Source: Minisyncoccota bacterium | Lineage (GTDB): Bacteria; Patescibacteriota; Minisyncoccia; Phycocordibacterales; GWA1-40-21 | Direction of reading: 5' to 3' | Assembly (NCBI GenBank): GCA_041663045.1 | Contig: JBAZRH010000001.1 | Location: 84,403 to 148,402, forward strand | DNA: 64,000 nucleotides | Part shown: in pieces, positions 9,051-20,052 of the stretch | How the letters are laid out: each line of letters opens with the position of its first letter | Position numbering within the stretch: the stretch's first letter is position 1 | Position numbers and translations under genes: made by a program | Notes under the pieces: model-generated | What the model was told of the DNA's origin: nothing | Databases searched by the model: none | What the model saw: only the letters and a program-made list of their open reading frames with translations

Positions 9051-10277
9051 TTAGAAACAATATTTTCCGTTTTTGTAGATTACTCTCTTGCTGTCATCCT
9101 TGAGTATTGCTGTAATAATCCTTGGGGTAGTAGTAACGATATCTGTATGGACAGAAGAATTATTAAAGCCAAGCTTACTCCAGGTTTTCTTAGACACAGT
9201 GTTTGCTTTTCCATCATAGCAGTCGTGATATGAATTACCCAGAGCTATGTGAGTGTTGCCATTCCTTCCACCAATATTCTCATCATATAAAGTATCTGCC
9301 ATAAATCTTGTAATGTGAGAGAATCTTCTATCTGTCATAGAAAATTCCCCGATTCTATCTGCACCTTCTGTAGCTATCATTTGTCTTAAGAGCTTTTCAT
9401 TTCTCCTAGCTGTACTTTTTACAACTACCCCATCTTTAAATTCAAGTCCTATCCCTTCGACAACATTTCCATATATATAAAGAGGCTGATTAAATTTCAC
9501 CCAGCCATTTGTTCCGCGCCAATCAGGAGAAGTAAATATTTCAAAACTCGGAATATTACGTCCGCTACCATAAGCCCATTGGCGCTTCTTTCCGACAGTA
9601 ATCCATAGATCCACGTCTTTACCCTCAATATGAAGTCTATCAATAGTCATTCTATTGAGTCTCTTTCTGTATTTCTCCAATTCTTTATATATTTTTTTCC
9701 ACCTTGCTACGGGATTATCCTCATTTAAGAAGCATGCTTTGATAATTTGATCCCAGTATTCTCTAACTGACATATTAGCTTCCCTTGCCATTGCTTCAGT
9801 GCCGTAAGAACCAACTGTCCAGGTAAATTTTCCAGCATTTTCTTTTTTATTTCGCCAATCCATCCATGGCTTAAAGGTCTTATTTCTTTTCAATATCTTT
9901 CTCGGATTGATGTTTTGAAGAGAGCGAATGTCTGTTTCACTATTGATGAAAATTGAATGATCAATTTGTTTAATTAAACCCTTAAGATGGTGATATGGAA
10001 AGAAACACAGCTGATGATCTTTACAGTGTAAGTAGAAGTCTTCATCAACATTACAGCTACTTTCATTTGAGGGGAGAAAGTTTGAGATAACATGTGCTCC
10101 AGATTTCCATATTGCTTTTCTAACTTCAAGATACAATGGTTTATTTGATTCTTCGGCCACTAAATATACAACTTCTCCCTTTTTTACTCCCTTACCACTA
10201 TTTAAAGCAAAATTTACTAGGACATTAGCATATTTTTCTAGTATCTTTTTGGGTGGAATATATGAACTTTTCATCAT
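9051..10277 (-). CDS. Aminopeptidase, M29 (AmpS/PepS) family
   Basis: Family-typical N-terminus KYANVLVNFALNSGKGVKKGEVVYL. Start set at the MMKSS methionine (10277), avoiding the implausible upstream extension that overlaps the divergent helicase gene. Confidence 0.65.
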   Translation of the reverse strand: MMKSSYIPPKKILEKYANVLVNFALNSGKGVKKGEVVYLVAEESNKPLYLEVRKAIWKSGAHVISNFLPSNESSCNVDEDFYLHCKDHQLCFFPYHHLKGLIKQIDHSIFINSETDIRSLQNINPRKILKRNKTFKPWMDWRNKKENAGKFTWTVGSYGTEAMAREANMSVREYWDQIIKACFLNEDNPVARWKKIYKELEKYRKRLNRMTIDRLHIEGKDVDLWITVGKKRQWAYGSGRNIPSFEIFTSPDWRGTNGWVKFNQPLYIYGNVVEGIGLEFKDGVVVKSTARRNEKLLRQMIATEGADRIGEFSMTDRRFSHITRFMADTLYDENIGGRNGNTHIALGNSYHDCYDGKANTVSKKTWSKLGFNNSSVHTDIVTTTPRIITAILKDDSKRVIYKNGKYCF

Positions 10278-10334
10278 TTTCTTAGTATATATTAAAAATA
10301 TAAAAATAGTAGGTGTCATGTTATAATTTATAAA

Positions 10335-13300
10335 GTGAATTTTGAGGAACAATATAAAGCACTGAATAAAGAACAGAAAAAGGCGGTAGACACTATAGAG
10401 GGACCGCTTCTTGTCGTGGCTGGCCCTGGGTCTGGCAAAACGCAGATTTTGAGTTTGCGTGTCGGGGAAATATTGAAGAATACTCAAGCGAGGGCTTCAA
10501 ATATTTTGTGCTTGACATTCACCGAATCCGCAAGCGCAAATATGCGAAAACGTCTTGCGACTTTTATAGGTGCCGAGGCTTATCGTGTTGCTATACACAC
10601 CTTTCATAGTTTTTGTGTGGAGATAATACAAAAATATCCGGAATATTTTTATAGTGGAGCTTTTTTCTCTGCAGCGGATGAACTTACTCAAGTGAAAATA
10701 TTAGAAGAGATATTTGAGAATCTCCCAAGGAAAAATCCATTAAAATCTGTCCATCCGGAGCAAGGCTTTGTATATTTGAAAGACACTCTCAAAGTGATTA
10801 GCTATTTTAAAAAAGCGGGTATTACTCCAGAAGAATTTAATAAAATTTTGGAACACAATGAAAGCCTTTTGCCGGAAGTGAATAAGATTTTGGCGAAAGT
10901 CTTTTCCGAAAGAGTAAGTAAAGGAAGTATTGAAAAAGCCAGTTCGGCACTTCTCGATTTTGAGGGTCTTACAAAGAAAAGTGCGGGTGATTTTCCGTCA
11001 CCGTATTTGAAAGATCTCGTCTCAAGTATTACTGAATCTTTCAGGATAGCGGTGGACAAGGCAAATGAAGATGGTAAGGCTTCGGAGCTTTCAGCATGGA
11101 GAGAAAAATGGATAAAGAAAGACAATAAAGATAGGCCGGTGTTTAAAGACACTCAAAATATGGAAAAGCTTCATGCTCTTGCCGATATTTATGAGAAGTA
11201 TAAAAACACAATGCATGAGAAGGGTTACTATGATTTTGACGATATGATACTCGATGTCTTGGAAACTCTTCTGAAAAACCAATCTCTGCGATATGAAATA
11301 CAAGAACAGTATCAGTATATTTTGGTGGATGAATTTCAGGATACAAACGATGCGCAGATGAGACTTTTAAGATTTATTACAGACGCGCCAGTGCATGAGG
11401 GTAAGCCGAATATTATGGCGGTGGGTGATGACGATCAAGCGGTTTATAAATTTCAGGGAGCAGAACTTTCTAATATTTTAAATTTCAAGAATACATTTAA
11501 AGATGTACAAACTGTGACAATGACAGCGAATTATCGTTCCACGCAGGATATTTTGGACATTGCTTCGCATATTATAAAAAAGGGGAGTAAACGTCTCGAG
11601 ACTATTTTACCGGAAATAGAGAAAAACCTTATTGCCTCAAATGAGAGAATCGGCAAAGGAGAAATAGTAAATAAAGAATTTCCGACTTCCGCACATGAGC
11701 TTCATTTTATTTCAAGAGAAATTAAAAAACTTGTTGATAGTGGGCAAAATCCGGAAGAGATAGCTGTGATTGCCAGAAAACATTGGCAACTTGAAGAGGT
11801 CGTGCCCTATCTTGCTGGTGTAAATATCTCAATACGATATGAAAGAGAGCAAAATGTCTTGAAGGAGCCACATGTGGTCGAGCTTATAGATATTGCAAGA
11901 TTTGTCGCTTCAATCGGTAAAAAAGAGAAAGATGAATCGGACGAACTTTTGCCGAAAATACTTTGCTTTCCATTTTGGGGTATAAGTAGAGAAACTGTTT
12001 GGAAAATATCTCTTGCTTCAAGACGCGCTCCAGAAGGCAAGACTTGGCTTGAAAATATGCTTGAATATTCCGATGAGAAAGTACAAAATATCGCAAAGTT
12101 TTTTATAGATCTTGGGGCAAGGGCCGAAAATGAACCACTTGAAAGGGTTTTGGATGAAGTAATCGGTGCAAGGGTCAGCACGGCAAAAGATAATGAAGAC
12201 GATTCAGACGATGAAGTAGAGGGTATAAAGTATAAGTATGAGGGAACAGAGAAGTTTTCTAGTCCTTTTAGAGATTTTTATTTCAGCAAAGACAAATTTG
12301 AACATGCCAGGGCAGAATACATTTCTTTTCTTTCCAGTTTAAGGACATTTATCAGTGCTTTGCGTGAATACAAGAGTGGCGAAATTCTTGCAATAAAAGA
12401 CCTCGTCGAATTTGTAGAGCTTCATGAGAAGAATAAGATTTCAGTAAATGATCAAGGACCTTTTTCTAAACTCGGTAAGGCGGTAAACCTACTCACAGCA
12501 CACAGGGCAAAGGGGCTTGAATTTGAGACAGTTTTCGTGCTTTCTTGCCAAGATGATATCTGGGCGGGCAGAGGTATGCCTAAGAAAATCGTATTGCCGG
12601 CAAATATGCCAATAGAACCAGCCGGAGACACGGAAGATGACCAATTACGCCTGTTTTATGTGGCTATAACGCGTGCCAAGCAACATTTATACCTGACCTC
12701 GTATCTATTAGGGGAAAAGGGTAAAAGTGCCCAAAAACTGCGTTTTCTGATGCCTGGGGAGGATAATAAAGAGCTTGAAAATAAGGCTCTTAAAAAGGCG
12801 TATTTTGCCGATAATTCTTCCGAAAAAAGTGAGGAACCAGAGGCGAGTGAAGTGCTTACAGCCTCATGGCTTTCATATCATACGGCACCATTTCTCGGTT
12901 CGGAAAAGAAGCTTCTCCAATCGCTTCTTGAAGATTATAAACTCTCGGTGACGCATTTAAATAATTTTCTAAATGTTGAAAAAGGAGGTCCACAATATTT
13001 CTTGGAGAATAATCTTTTGAGATTCCCACAAGCAAAGACTCTTTCAAATTCTTTCGGGACGGCGATGCATTCTACACTTGAGAAAGCTGTAATTGAATTA
13101 AAAAATGTCGGGAAATTACCGAGTATAGAAAAAGTTTGTAAATGGCTTTCGGAATTTTTGAAAAAAGAAAGATTACCGTTGGCAGATTTTAAAGAACTTT
13201 TGGAGAGGGGGGAAGAAGCACTTAACGCCTTTTGGAAAGAGAGAAGTAAAGATTTCAATACAAAAGATGTAATCGAATTTAATTTTAAAGACCAAGGGGT

Positions 13301-13748
13301 TGTGGTAAGTGGGGCAAGTCTTTCCGGGAAAATAGACAGAATTGTAAACCTTGGAGGAGGTGAGCTTGAAGTACATGATTATAAGACCGGCAAAGCACCC
13401 AAAAATGAATGGGTAGGTAAAGAGCCTTATGAAAAAGTGAAGCTTCATGAATATGAAAGACAGTTGGTTTTTTATAGATTACTTGTAGAGAATTCACGTG
13501 AATTTAGTGACAGGGGAGTGAAAGTAAAAATGGGTGTTTTGGATTTTGTCGAACCGAGAGAGAAGGATGGGAAAATAGTAAGTTTATCAATCGACATCAC
13601 AGACGAGAAAAGAGATAGACTAGAAAAGCTTATTCAAAAAGTTTATGAGAAAATAATGGATTTAGATTTTCCGGATATAAGCAAATACGCTAAGGATTTG
13701 AAAGGAATAGAGCAATTTGAGGAGGATCTTTTGGAGGGTAAGATATAA
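10335..13748 (+). CDS. UvrD/PcrA/AddA-type superfamily 1 helicase fused to a C-terminal RecB-family PD-(D/E)xK nuclease domain
   Basis: GTG start. Walker A (GPGSGKT), motif II (VDEFQDTN), motif V/VI ([28 protein letters not shown]). C-terminal nuclease motifs IDRIV...EVHDYKTGK...QLVFY. No Cys cluster, so AddA-like rather than AddB-like. Confidence 0.85.
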   Translation: MNFEEQYKALNKEQKKAVDTIEGPLLVVAGPGSGKTQILSLRVGEILKNTQARASNILCLTFTESASANMRKRLATFIGAEAYRVAIHTFHSFCVEIIQKYPEYFYSGAFFSAADELTQVKILEEIFENLPRKNPLKSVHPEQGFVYLKDTLKVISYFKKAGITPEEFNKILEHNESLLPEVNKILAKVFSERVSKGSIEKASSALLDFEGLTKKSAGDFPSPYLKDLVSSITESFRIAVDKANEDGKASELSAWREKWIKKDNKDRPVFKDTQNMEKLHALADIYEKYKNTMHEKGYYDFDDMILDVLETLLKNQSLRYEIQEQYQYILVDEFQDTNDAQMRLLRFITDAPVHEGKPNIMAVGDDDQAVYKFQGAELSNILNFKNTFKDVQTVTMTANYRSTQDILDIASHIIKKGSKRLETILPEIEKNLIASNERIGKGEIVNKEFPTSAHELHFISREIKKLVDSGQNPEEIAVIARKHWQLEEVVPYLAGVNISIRYEREQNVLKEPHVVELIDIARFVASIGKKEKDESDELLPKILCFPFWGISRETVWKISLASRRAPEGKTWLENMLEYSDEKVQNIAKFFIDLGARAENEPLERVLDEVIGARVSTAKDNEDDSDDEVEGIKYKYEGTEKFSSPFRDFYFSKDKFEHARAEYISFLSSLRTFISALREYKSGEILAIKDLVEFVELHEKNKISVNDQGPFSKLGKAVNLLTAHRAKGLEFETVFVLSCQDDIWAGRGMPKKIVLPANMPIEPAGDTEDDQLRLFYVAITRAKQHLYLTSYLLGEKGKSAQKLRFLMPGEDNKELENKALKKAYFADNSSEKSEEPEASEVLTASWLSYHTAPFLGSEKKLLQSLLEDYKLSVTHLNNFLNVEKGGPQYFLENNLLRFPQAKTLSNSFGTAMHSTLEKAVIELKNVGKLPSIEKVCKWLSEFLKKERLPLADFKELLERGEEALNAFWKERSKDFNTKDVIEFNFKDQGVVVSGASLSGKIDRIVNLGGGELEVHDYKTGKAPKNEWVGKEPYEKVKLHEYERQLVFYRLLVENSREFSDRGVKVKMGVLDFVEPREKDGKIVSLSIDITDEKRDRLEKLIQKVYEKIMDLDFPDISKYAKDLKGIEQFEEDLLEGKI

Positions 13749-13760
13749 ATATTGTTTTTA

Positions 13761-15707
13761 CTATTCCTTAGGATATTTAGACATTATAATTGGAAAATAT
13801 TGATCTATCGGTATTTTTTCAGCCAGATATTGACTCCCAAAAAGGCTTAAGTGGTTGTTGTCTTTATATAAGAATTGATTATTTATTGTTATAAAACATT
13901 CGGTCTGATTGCATAATACAGAAGATGGATCGATGTTTATGATTTGTGGGTATTTCTTTTTTAGATTGTCTATTCGTCTATTCATACCGGAAATCATTTT
14001 GTCGTATGACTTTCTAGGGAAGGAACAGCCCGTAGTTTTATTCTGCGTAGAGGACAGTGGACGATCGATACATTTTGTCAAATCAAAAGGTATTGTTGGT
14101 GTTTGCGTAAACCAGATCAATTTAATATTATTCGGAAAGTATGAGAGAATATTATCCATACCTTCTCGAAAAAGGTCTCTATTCTTGGACCAAGCATTAT
14201 TCGATATTATTATCGCTTTAGGTTTTCCTAAAAGGACTGTATTGATAACATTTCTTATATTTATATCACAACTCTTTTGTTGTTGGACCGGCATACTCTT
14301 TACGTCTAATAATGAACAGGCACCAATGCCTATGTTGATTACTGTATAACCCCTTTCTGTTAATATTTTACTATAACCCATATAGATAGATTTTGTATGT
14401 GAATCTCCAATTATAAACACACGATTATTACCATCTCCGTTCGCAAAACATATGAGTTTATAAATACTTTGTGGAAAAAGTTTTTTACAAAGTGTTTTAC
14501 CGTCTATTCTCTCTGAGGCTGTTTTAAGTGCATTTTCTTGGATCGGGAAGCGAAAATCAAATCCATGATTTAAATATACAAGTATGCCTCCACTACCTAC
14601 TAATAACATAATACAGCATAATATTATTGGAATATTTCTTATTTTTGTGTGCCGTATAGGCATTTCTATTAACCTGTATGTAATCCAGGCAAATAAGAAG
14701 CTAAATATAATTAAAATTAACTTTACAATCGTAGATACTGCCCCAGAATTGATTATTGTTGCAAATGATAATAATGGCCAATGCCAAAGATAGAGAGGGT
14801 AGCTAATCAGACCTATAAAGACCAACATTTTATTTGAAAGTATATTTTTATTTACCCAAGCTTGTGGCCCAGATGCTATAAGTAAGATTACCCCGATTAT
14901 CGACATAACGACAATACCGCTATGGAAGTTGGAATCATTAATTATAAAAGCAGATAAAACTATCAGAATAATTCCTAACCATGATAATGTGTTATAAATA
15001 AAAGAGTCGGACATATTTTTTATTTTTAGTCTGATAGCTATATTATTTATTAGTCCTCCTTTTAATATAGTGAAATAAGCTAAGAGAGCACCCCCCATAA
15101 GTTCCCAAAAGCGTGTGAAGGGTAGATAAAAAGCTGTGGCAGGGCTTTTAAAGCCCAAGTATATATTTAAAAAGAAAGATATAAGTAATATAATAAATAT
15201 CGTCTGGGGGATTCTTTTAATCTTTTTATATATAAAGACAAGCAGAATCGGCCAAAGTATATAAAACTGTTCCTCGACACCTAGTGACCACAAATGTATC
15301 AATGGTTTTAAAGTAGAGGATATATCGAAATACCCTGATTCAAGCCAGTAAATTATATTTGCAATAAAACCAGCACCAGAAGCTATATTTTTACCGAGAG
15401 AAGCGTATTCTCCGGAAAAAAGTAAAAACCAGCCGGCTATTAGACAGGCTATAAGTACCAATATTAATGATGGGAATATTCTTTTTATACGACGTCTATA
15501 GAAGTCTATATAACTAAATTGATTATTTTCAAGTGCCTTTAATATTATTCCGGATATTAAATATCCTGATATGACAAAGAATATATCCACACCAATAAAA
15601 CCACCCGCAAGTATTGTTGGGAAAGCATGGAATATTATTACCAGTAGTACAGCCAACGCCCTAAGCCCATCTATATCTTTGCGATAATTTAATAAAGTAT
15701 CACTCAT
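13761..15707 (-). CDS. Acyltransferase family 3 membrane protein with a C-terminal SGNH hydrolase domain (OafA/YrhL-like glycan O-acetyltransferase)
   Basis: N-terminal LRALAVLLVIIFH...GVDIFFVISGYLI acyltransferase-3 signature. Multiple TM segments. C-terminal FIIGDSHT GDS(L) block. Confidence 0.8.
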   Translation of the reverse strand: MSDTLLNYRKDIDGLRALAVLLVIIFHAFPTILAGGFIGVDIFFVISGYLISGIILKALENNQFSYIDFYRRRIKRIFPSLILVLIACLIAGWFLLFSGEYASLGKNIASGAGFIANIIYWLESGYFDISSTLKPLIHLWSLGVEEQFYILWPILLVFIYKKIKRIPQTIFIILLISFFLNIYLGFKSPATAFYLPFTRFWELMGGALLAYFTILKGGLINNIAIRLKIKNMSDSFIYNTLSWLGIILIVLSAFIINDSNFHSGIVVMSIIGVILLIASGPQAWVNKNILSNKMLVFIGLISYPLYLWHWPLLSFATIINSGAVSTIVKLILIIFSFLFAWITYRLIEMPIRHTKIRNIPIILCCIMLLVGSGGILVYLNHGFDFRFPIQENALKTASERIDGKTLCKKLFPQSIYKLICFANGDGNNRVFIIGDSHTKSIYMGYSKILTERGYTVINIGIGACSLLDVKSMPVQQQKSCDINIRNVINTVLLGKPKAIIISNNAWSKNRDLFREGMDNILSYFPNNIKLIWFTQTPTIPFDLTKCIDRPLSSTQNKTTGCSFPRKSYDKMISGMNRRIDNLKKKYPQIINIDPSSVLCNQTECFITINNQFLYKDNNHLSLFGSQYLAEKIPIDQYFPIIMSKYPKE

Positions 15708-15712
15708 AAGAC

Positions 15713-18700
15713 CTAAGTTATACTATTTTCTTCAAGTATTTTGACGACCTCGTCATATGATGAGATTTTGTATGATTCTTTCCAGCCGTCTTTACTTTCA
15801 GCCTTAGTTAGGGAGATTTTATGAATACTTTGATTAAGCTTTTTCGTGTCAGCAATGATTTTCATATTTCTTAATATCATAGGATTGGCTCTTCTTTCAA
15901 GAACTGTGATCTTTGCCCTAACCTCATTTAAGAATATTAATGTATGAAATGCCGAACCATTGAATCCCGCTATATGTTTGGCTGAAGCTAAGGTCATTAT
16001 CTGTTCTTTGATCGCATGTTTTTCAGGATGAAATATCATCCACCCTTTTGTAGCGAGAATTTTTTCAAGTTCGTCTTCGTTTGTTATGATCGATTTTGAA
16101 TTTCTTGGTTGAATCATTGATCTTGATAACCAAAGCTTCTTATCCTCAGATTCTTTCGTATCAAAGATGGCAAGGCTTTTTGCATGTTCTACGTCGAAGA
16201 ATTCTCTAAGTAGTAGACCAGGAGTAGGGATAATCAATCTTTCTACTATTGTCGGCTTTTGTATGATAATTTGTTCATTTTTAATATTCAATAAAGATAA
16301 GATCTCCTTCTGCCAATGGTTAGGTTCTGCGGAATTATACATGGGAATCCATATTATAGGTATTTCTGGATGTTTCTTGATATACCAAATTCTTGACAGA
16401 CCTTCGAGAATGAAATGACCGAAATGACTTTGTAAATGACCAGCAAATATATATGTGCCCTTCAAGATTCCTGTGGGCTTTATCGTATTTCTAGAGAATG
16501 TGAATTGTCCATCCTCAATTCTTTTAGGCATCTCTTTAAGACGCAATTTCCCTTCAGAATCGACGACTCCTAATATAGCTTTTCCTCGCATATCTGTTAG
16601 GCATGGGGCGAGAATTGCTTGTTCGATGGTCTCCACTAGTAGTTCATGGTTTGACCTCGAACTATTTGTATTATTACTTTTTTGTTCTTCCTGCGTCTTT
16701 AGTGATTTAGTATATTTTTCTCTCCATAGAGTAGCATACCCCCCGAATCTCTTTTCTGCAAAATCAAAATCTTCTTTAAATGTATTCGCATAGAAATCAC
16801 GAATATTCTCTGGCATATCGGATGGTTTGCCTACAAATATTTTTTCTTTTGATCTTGGAAAATATTTGTCTTTGTATCTTACGTTTAGAAAATCACATAT
16901 TTGTCTTAATAATTTTAATGGATCATTTACTATATCATCATAGAAACCATAGAATATATTCTCTTTTGGAAAGACATTTTCCCAATTCTCTACTATTTCT
17001 TTTATCTTGCTTCTATTTATAATAAATGGTTTGTTATAACACAAGGTAGGATCGATTCCCTTCGTATCAGCCCACATTCTAGATGCAGACCATGCCCGGT
17101 CAATAGGGTTCCTTAGTAATAAGATGATTTTCATTTTAGGATTTACTTTTCGGCAATGTCTTATCTCATTTATAGATAAGATAGAATAGTCTGGTGTGAA
17201 ATCTCCAGTCAGCATACTAGCCGGGGCTGATTCCCATAAGCTTTCGTAGTATCTATCGTCGAGATTTTTTGTAAAGCCAAATTTATTGAAAAATTTCAGG
17301 TCACTTAATATCGGTCCTATACCACCTAGTTTCTGATTTAATGCCCGTGGTATTTTCTCGAGCAATCTCTTCATATTTCTTGCTGCAGATAAAAGCCTTC
17401 TTTCAGCTATCATCGGCCCAGCATGTATTTCATCGAAGTAGTGCACTTCCTTTATCGGGAGTGCCCAGAAATTTGGATGCCTTTTAATATTTTCATAGAG
17501 CCATGTGGTACCAGCCTTTTGCATACCAATACAGAGGAAATCCGGTCTCGATCTTTCCTTCAGTATATCTTTGAAATACTTACCAAGTAGGTTATTTTTG
17601 AGTGCTCTTTTAATAAATGCAGTTCTAATCCTGAACCTCCAGAACGTACTTAAAATATTACCCGTATTCTTAATTGATTTAATATATTCTAGAGTATTTT
17701 CTATAATCTCTTCACACTTTTCTTTTGACATCCTACTTTTATATTCTGATATAAAATCTGTATCCACATGACTTCCATATATATTTTCTTTAAACTTTGT
17801 ACTAGAAATATCCATGTACTTATCATTATATTCCAAACCACAATGTTTGAATATTTTTGGTAGTATCTTTTTGGGATATCTACATAATTCTTCATAGGAT
17901 ACTACCATTATCCTATCTTTATTCTGACCCAGTAAAGCATATTTCAGAGCGATATAATAAGAAAGTAAATGATTGAATGACGCAGGATATTTCTCCTTGA
18001 ACCATTCGTCTATCATTTCATTTCTATCGATGTTTCGTAACCCTATGTCATGTTTACAAGACGACCATACGAGTGATCTCGGGTCCCTTATAATCGCTAC
18101 ACATGGGACACCCGGAGCTTTTTCTAAGACTTCCTCAAGTCTTTGCATATATCTTGGTGTCTTGTCGATGATTTTGTTATTATTGATTACTAACGGGGAG
18201 ATTTCTCTAAGTCGTGAATATGCTTCTGCAAAATCGTCAGTATCACATATTTTGTCCAGATCTCCTTTCTTAATTTTCCAACCATCAAGCATATTTTTAT
18301 AGAACGGGTCAAAACCTATAAAGTCTCTTGGCTTATCTACAAGTAAAAAACCTATTTCAAATCCGGAGTTTATAGATGGATGATTGCTCAATATGTCCAT
18401 GAGCATCGTTGTCCCACTATGCTCATGACCACAGATTATTGCTTGAACACTGTCTTTGATCTTTCTAGTACCCGTCTCTTTTATAGTAGCCTTTATCTTT
18501 GGGTTCTCGTGACGCACGTTTTTTATTAAAAAGTTGCTCCCTTTCAAGTTTAGATAATACTCTCTTTTTTTTGCAAAGTCTACATAAATAATATCTTTTA
18601 TATTATTAAGATCTTCGTTCAAGACATCCTCTGGCTTTCCTTTTGTAATTATTCCCAAGCCTTGATCGCAATCAAGTGTAAAGATATTCAGATCTTTTCT

Positions 18701-19177
18701 TGAAGATCTCAAGTAAATCAAGGTTTTGTATACGTCGCCGTTCCAGGCGGTGCTTTTATCACCATCTCTTTGTCTCAATTTGCGCGCATCAGATTGTGTC
18801 TTTTGTGCCGCCGCCTCTGATTTTGGATTGCAATCGTGTACTACAACAAAACCGTTTTTGTTCAAATGATCGAGGGAATTATTTATGTCTTTCAGCGATT
18901 GTTCGTATGTGTGAAGACCATCTACAAATACGACATCAAGCTCGATATCTCCTATGAGAGAATCATATTCTTTGAAAAATCTATCACTTGTTATTTCATG
19001 ATATGATTCATTTGGTTTTTTTGAATATCCTGGTGGCAATCCAAATCTCGGATCGACAGCGATTTTCTTGTCGACCCTAATCTTTGAAAAGTTATTCCCC
19101 TTAGCGACACCAATTTCTAGATAAGTTTTTGCTCCAATCCTATCAATGAAGTGTTGTATAACATCCGTTCTGTTCAT
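15713..19177 (-). CDS. 1154-aa multidomain glycan-modifying protein: class I SAM methyltransferase-like domain, two tandem sulfotransferase domains, and a GT61 (DUF563)-like glycosyltransferase domain
   Basis: Methyltransferase-like N-terminus (VVFVDGLHTYEQSL...VVVHD). Sulfotransferase 5'-PSB/3'-PB motifs occur twice (CGHEHSGTTML with RDPRSLVWS; GMQKAGTTWL with LLRNPIDRAWSAS). GT61-like C-terminus (GHLQSHFGHFILEGLSRIW...HIAGFNGSAFHTLIFL). Confidence 0.7.
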   Translation of the reverse strand: MNRTDVIQHFIDRIGAKTYLEIGVAKGNNFSKIRVDKKIAVDPRFGLPPGYSKKPNESYHEITSDRFFKEYDSLIGDIELDVVFVDGLHTYEQSLKDINNSLDHLNKNGFVVVHDCNPKSEAAAQKTQSDARKLRQRDGDKSTAWNGDVYKTLIYLRSSRKDLNIFTLDCDQGLGIITKGKPEDVLNEDLNNIKDIIYVDFAKKREYYLNLKGSNFLIKNVRHENPKIKATIKETGTRKIKDSVQAIICGHEHSGTTMLMDILSNHPSINSGFEIGFLLVDKPRDFIGFDPFYKNMLDGWKIKKGDLDKICDTDDFAEAYSRLREISPLVINNNKIIDKTPRYMQRLEEVLEKAPGVPCVAIIRDPRSLVWSSCKHDIGLRNIDRNEMIDEWFKEKYPASFNHLLSYYIALKYALLGQNKDRIMVVSYEELCRYPKKILPKIFKHCGLEYNDKYMDISSTKFKENIYGSHVDTDFISEYKSRMSKEKCEEIIENTLEYIKSIKNTGNILSTFWRFRIRTAFIKRALKNNLLGKYFKDILKERSRPDFLCIGMQKAGTTWLYENIKRHPNFWALPIKEVHYFDEIHAGPMIAERRLLSAARNMKRLLEKIPRALNQKLGGIGPILSDLKFFNKFGFTKNLDDRYYESLWESAPASMLTGDFTPDYSILSINEIRHCRKVNPKMKIILLLRNPIDRAWSASRMWADTKGIDPTLCYNKPFIINRSKIKEIVENWENVFPKENIFYGFYDDIVNDPLKLLRQICDFLNVRYKDKYFPRSKEKIFVGKPSDMPENIRDFYANTFKEDFDFAEKRFGGYATLWREKYTKSLKTQEEQKSNNTNSSRSNHELLVETIEQAILAPCLTDMRGKAILGVVDSEGKLRLKEMPKRIEDGQFTFSRNTIKPTGILKGTYIFAGHLQSHFGHFILEGLSRIWYIKKHPEIPIIWIPMYNSAEPNHWQKEILSLLNIKNEQIIIQKPTIVERLIIPTPGLLLREFFDVEHAKSLAIFDTKESEDKKLWLSRSMIQPRNSKSIITNEDELEKILATKGWMIFHPEKHAIKEQIMTLASAKHIAGFNGSAFHTLIFLNEVRAKITVLERRANPMILRNMKIIADTKKLNQSIHKISLTKAESKDGWKESYKISSYDEVVKILEENSIT

Positions 19178-19190
19178 TTTGGATAAAACT

Positions 19191-19982
19191 CTATTTTACA
19201 AGTATGTCGAGTATCGGTGTGATAGCCTGCAAGGGGAGTGCCCCGTTTAAAACTATTTTTGTTTTGTCGCTTGTGATAGAGATATTTTGTGATAGACCGG
19301 ATTTTACTACCAAGTCATTTATTGATTTTTCTACAGGAGAAGTAAGTGCTTTTCTCAAAACTATCAAACTATAAGGTGTGCCTTGAGCTCCAGCTTTTAG
19401 TCCATCCTGATATTGAGCTTCAACGGTGGCCGCATATTTTCCGCTTGAAAGACATGTGTTGAATTTGGCTTGATCCAAACCGATAGCTTTTGCAAAAACC
19501 GGCAAAAGACTAGGATCCATCTGATTGTTCGATGGCGTATTTGTATAAATCTTATCTATCATATTCCAGAAGCCAGTATTTCCAGCAAGCTCATTTGCGC
19601 ATTCTGTCGCCTCAGCTTCTTTCCTTGTCTTTGGGTGAATACTATCAAGAGGGAAATGTCTGTATACCCAAGCTACTTTGCCATCTTTTCCATATTGGTC
19701 GATTATGCTTTGCATTGTGGTATGAAATCTCTTACAGAATGGGCATTCGGTATCGCTGTATTCCAAAATTGCTACATTGGCATTTGGATTGCCTTTAATA
19801 TGATCCGAGCTATCTATCGTCTTAATTGATATTCCAGATGCAACCTGCTTTTTTACAGGTTGATTTGTATTTTGAGAAGGAGAGCTATCCTTGCCAGTCA
19901 GATAAATCGCTCCTGCGATTATAAATCCTGCCAAGAGTATTGCTGCCGGTACATAATAAACTTTGCTTTGTTCTGATGTCAT
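19191..19982 (-). CDS. DsbA-family thiol:disulfide oxidoreductase, membrane-anchored
   Basis: N-terminal TM segment. CPFC active site within a thioredoxin fold (YSDTECPFCKRFH). Confidence 0.7.
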   Translation of the reverse strand: MTSEQSKVYYVPAAILLAGFIIAGAIYLTGKDSSPSQNTNQPVKKQVASGISIKTIDSSDHIKGNPNANVAILEYSDTECPFCKRFHTTMQSIIDQYGKDGKVAWVYRHFPLDSIHPKTRKEAEATECANELAGNTGFWNMIDKIYTNTPSNNQMDPSLLPVFAKAIGLDQAKFNTCLSSGKYAATVEAQYQDGLKAGAQGTPYSLIVLRKALTSPVEKSINDLVVKSGLSQNISITSDKTKIVLNGALPLQAITPILDILVK

Positions 19983-20052
19983 CTTTTTATGAATTAATTG
20001 ATAAAAAATTGCGTATGACTATTCTATCACAAAAAGGTATAATGTACGCAAT

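Noticed and set aside
9051-10487. Upstream 70 codons of the long aminopeptidase ORF, and similar N-terminal extensions of recR, cysS, NUDIX, murG and the M23 peptidase
   Set aside because: The extensions are hydrophobic or low-complexity, overlap the neighbouring gene or terminator, and lack RBS. Internal Met starts align with the known family N-termini.
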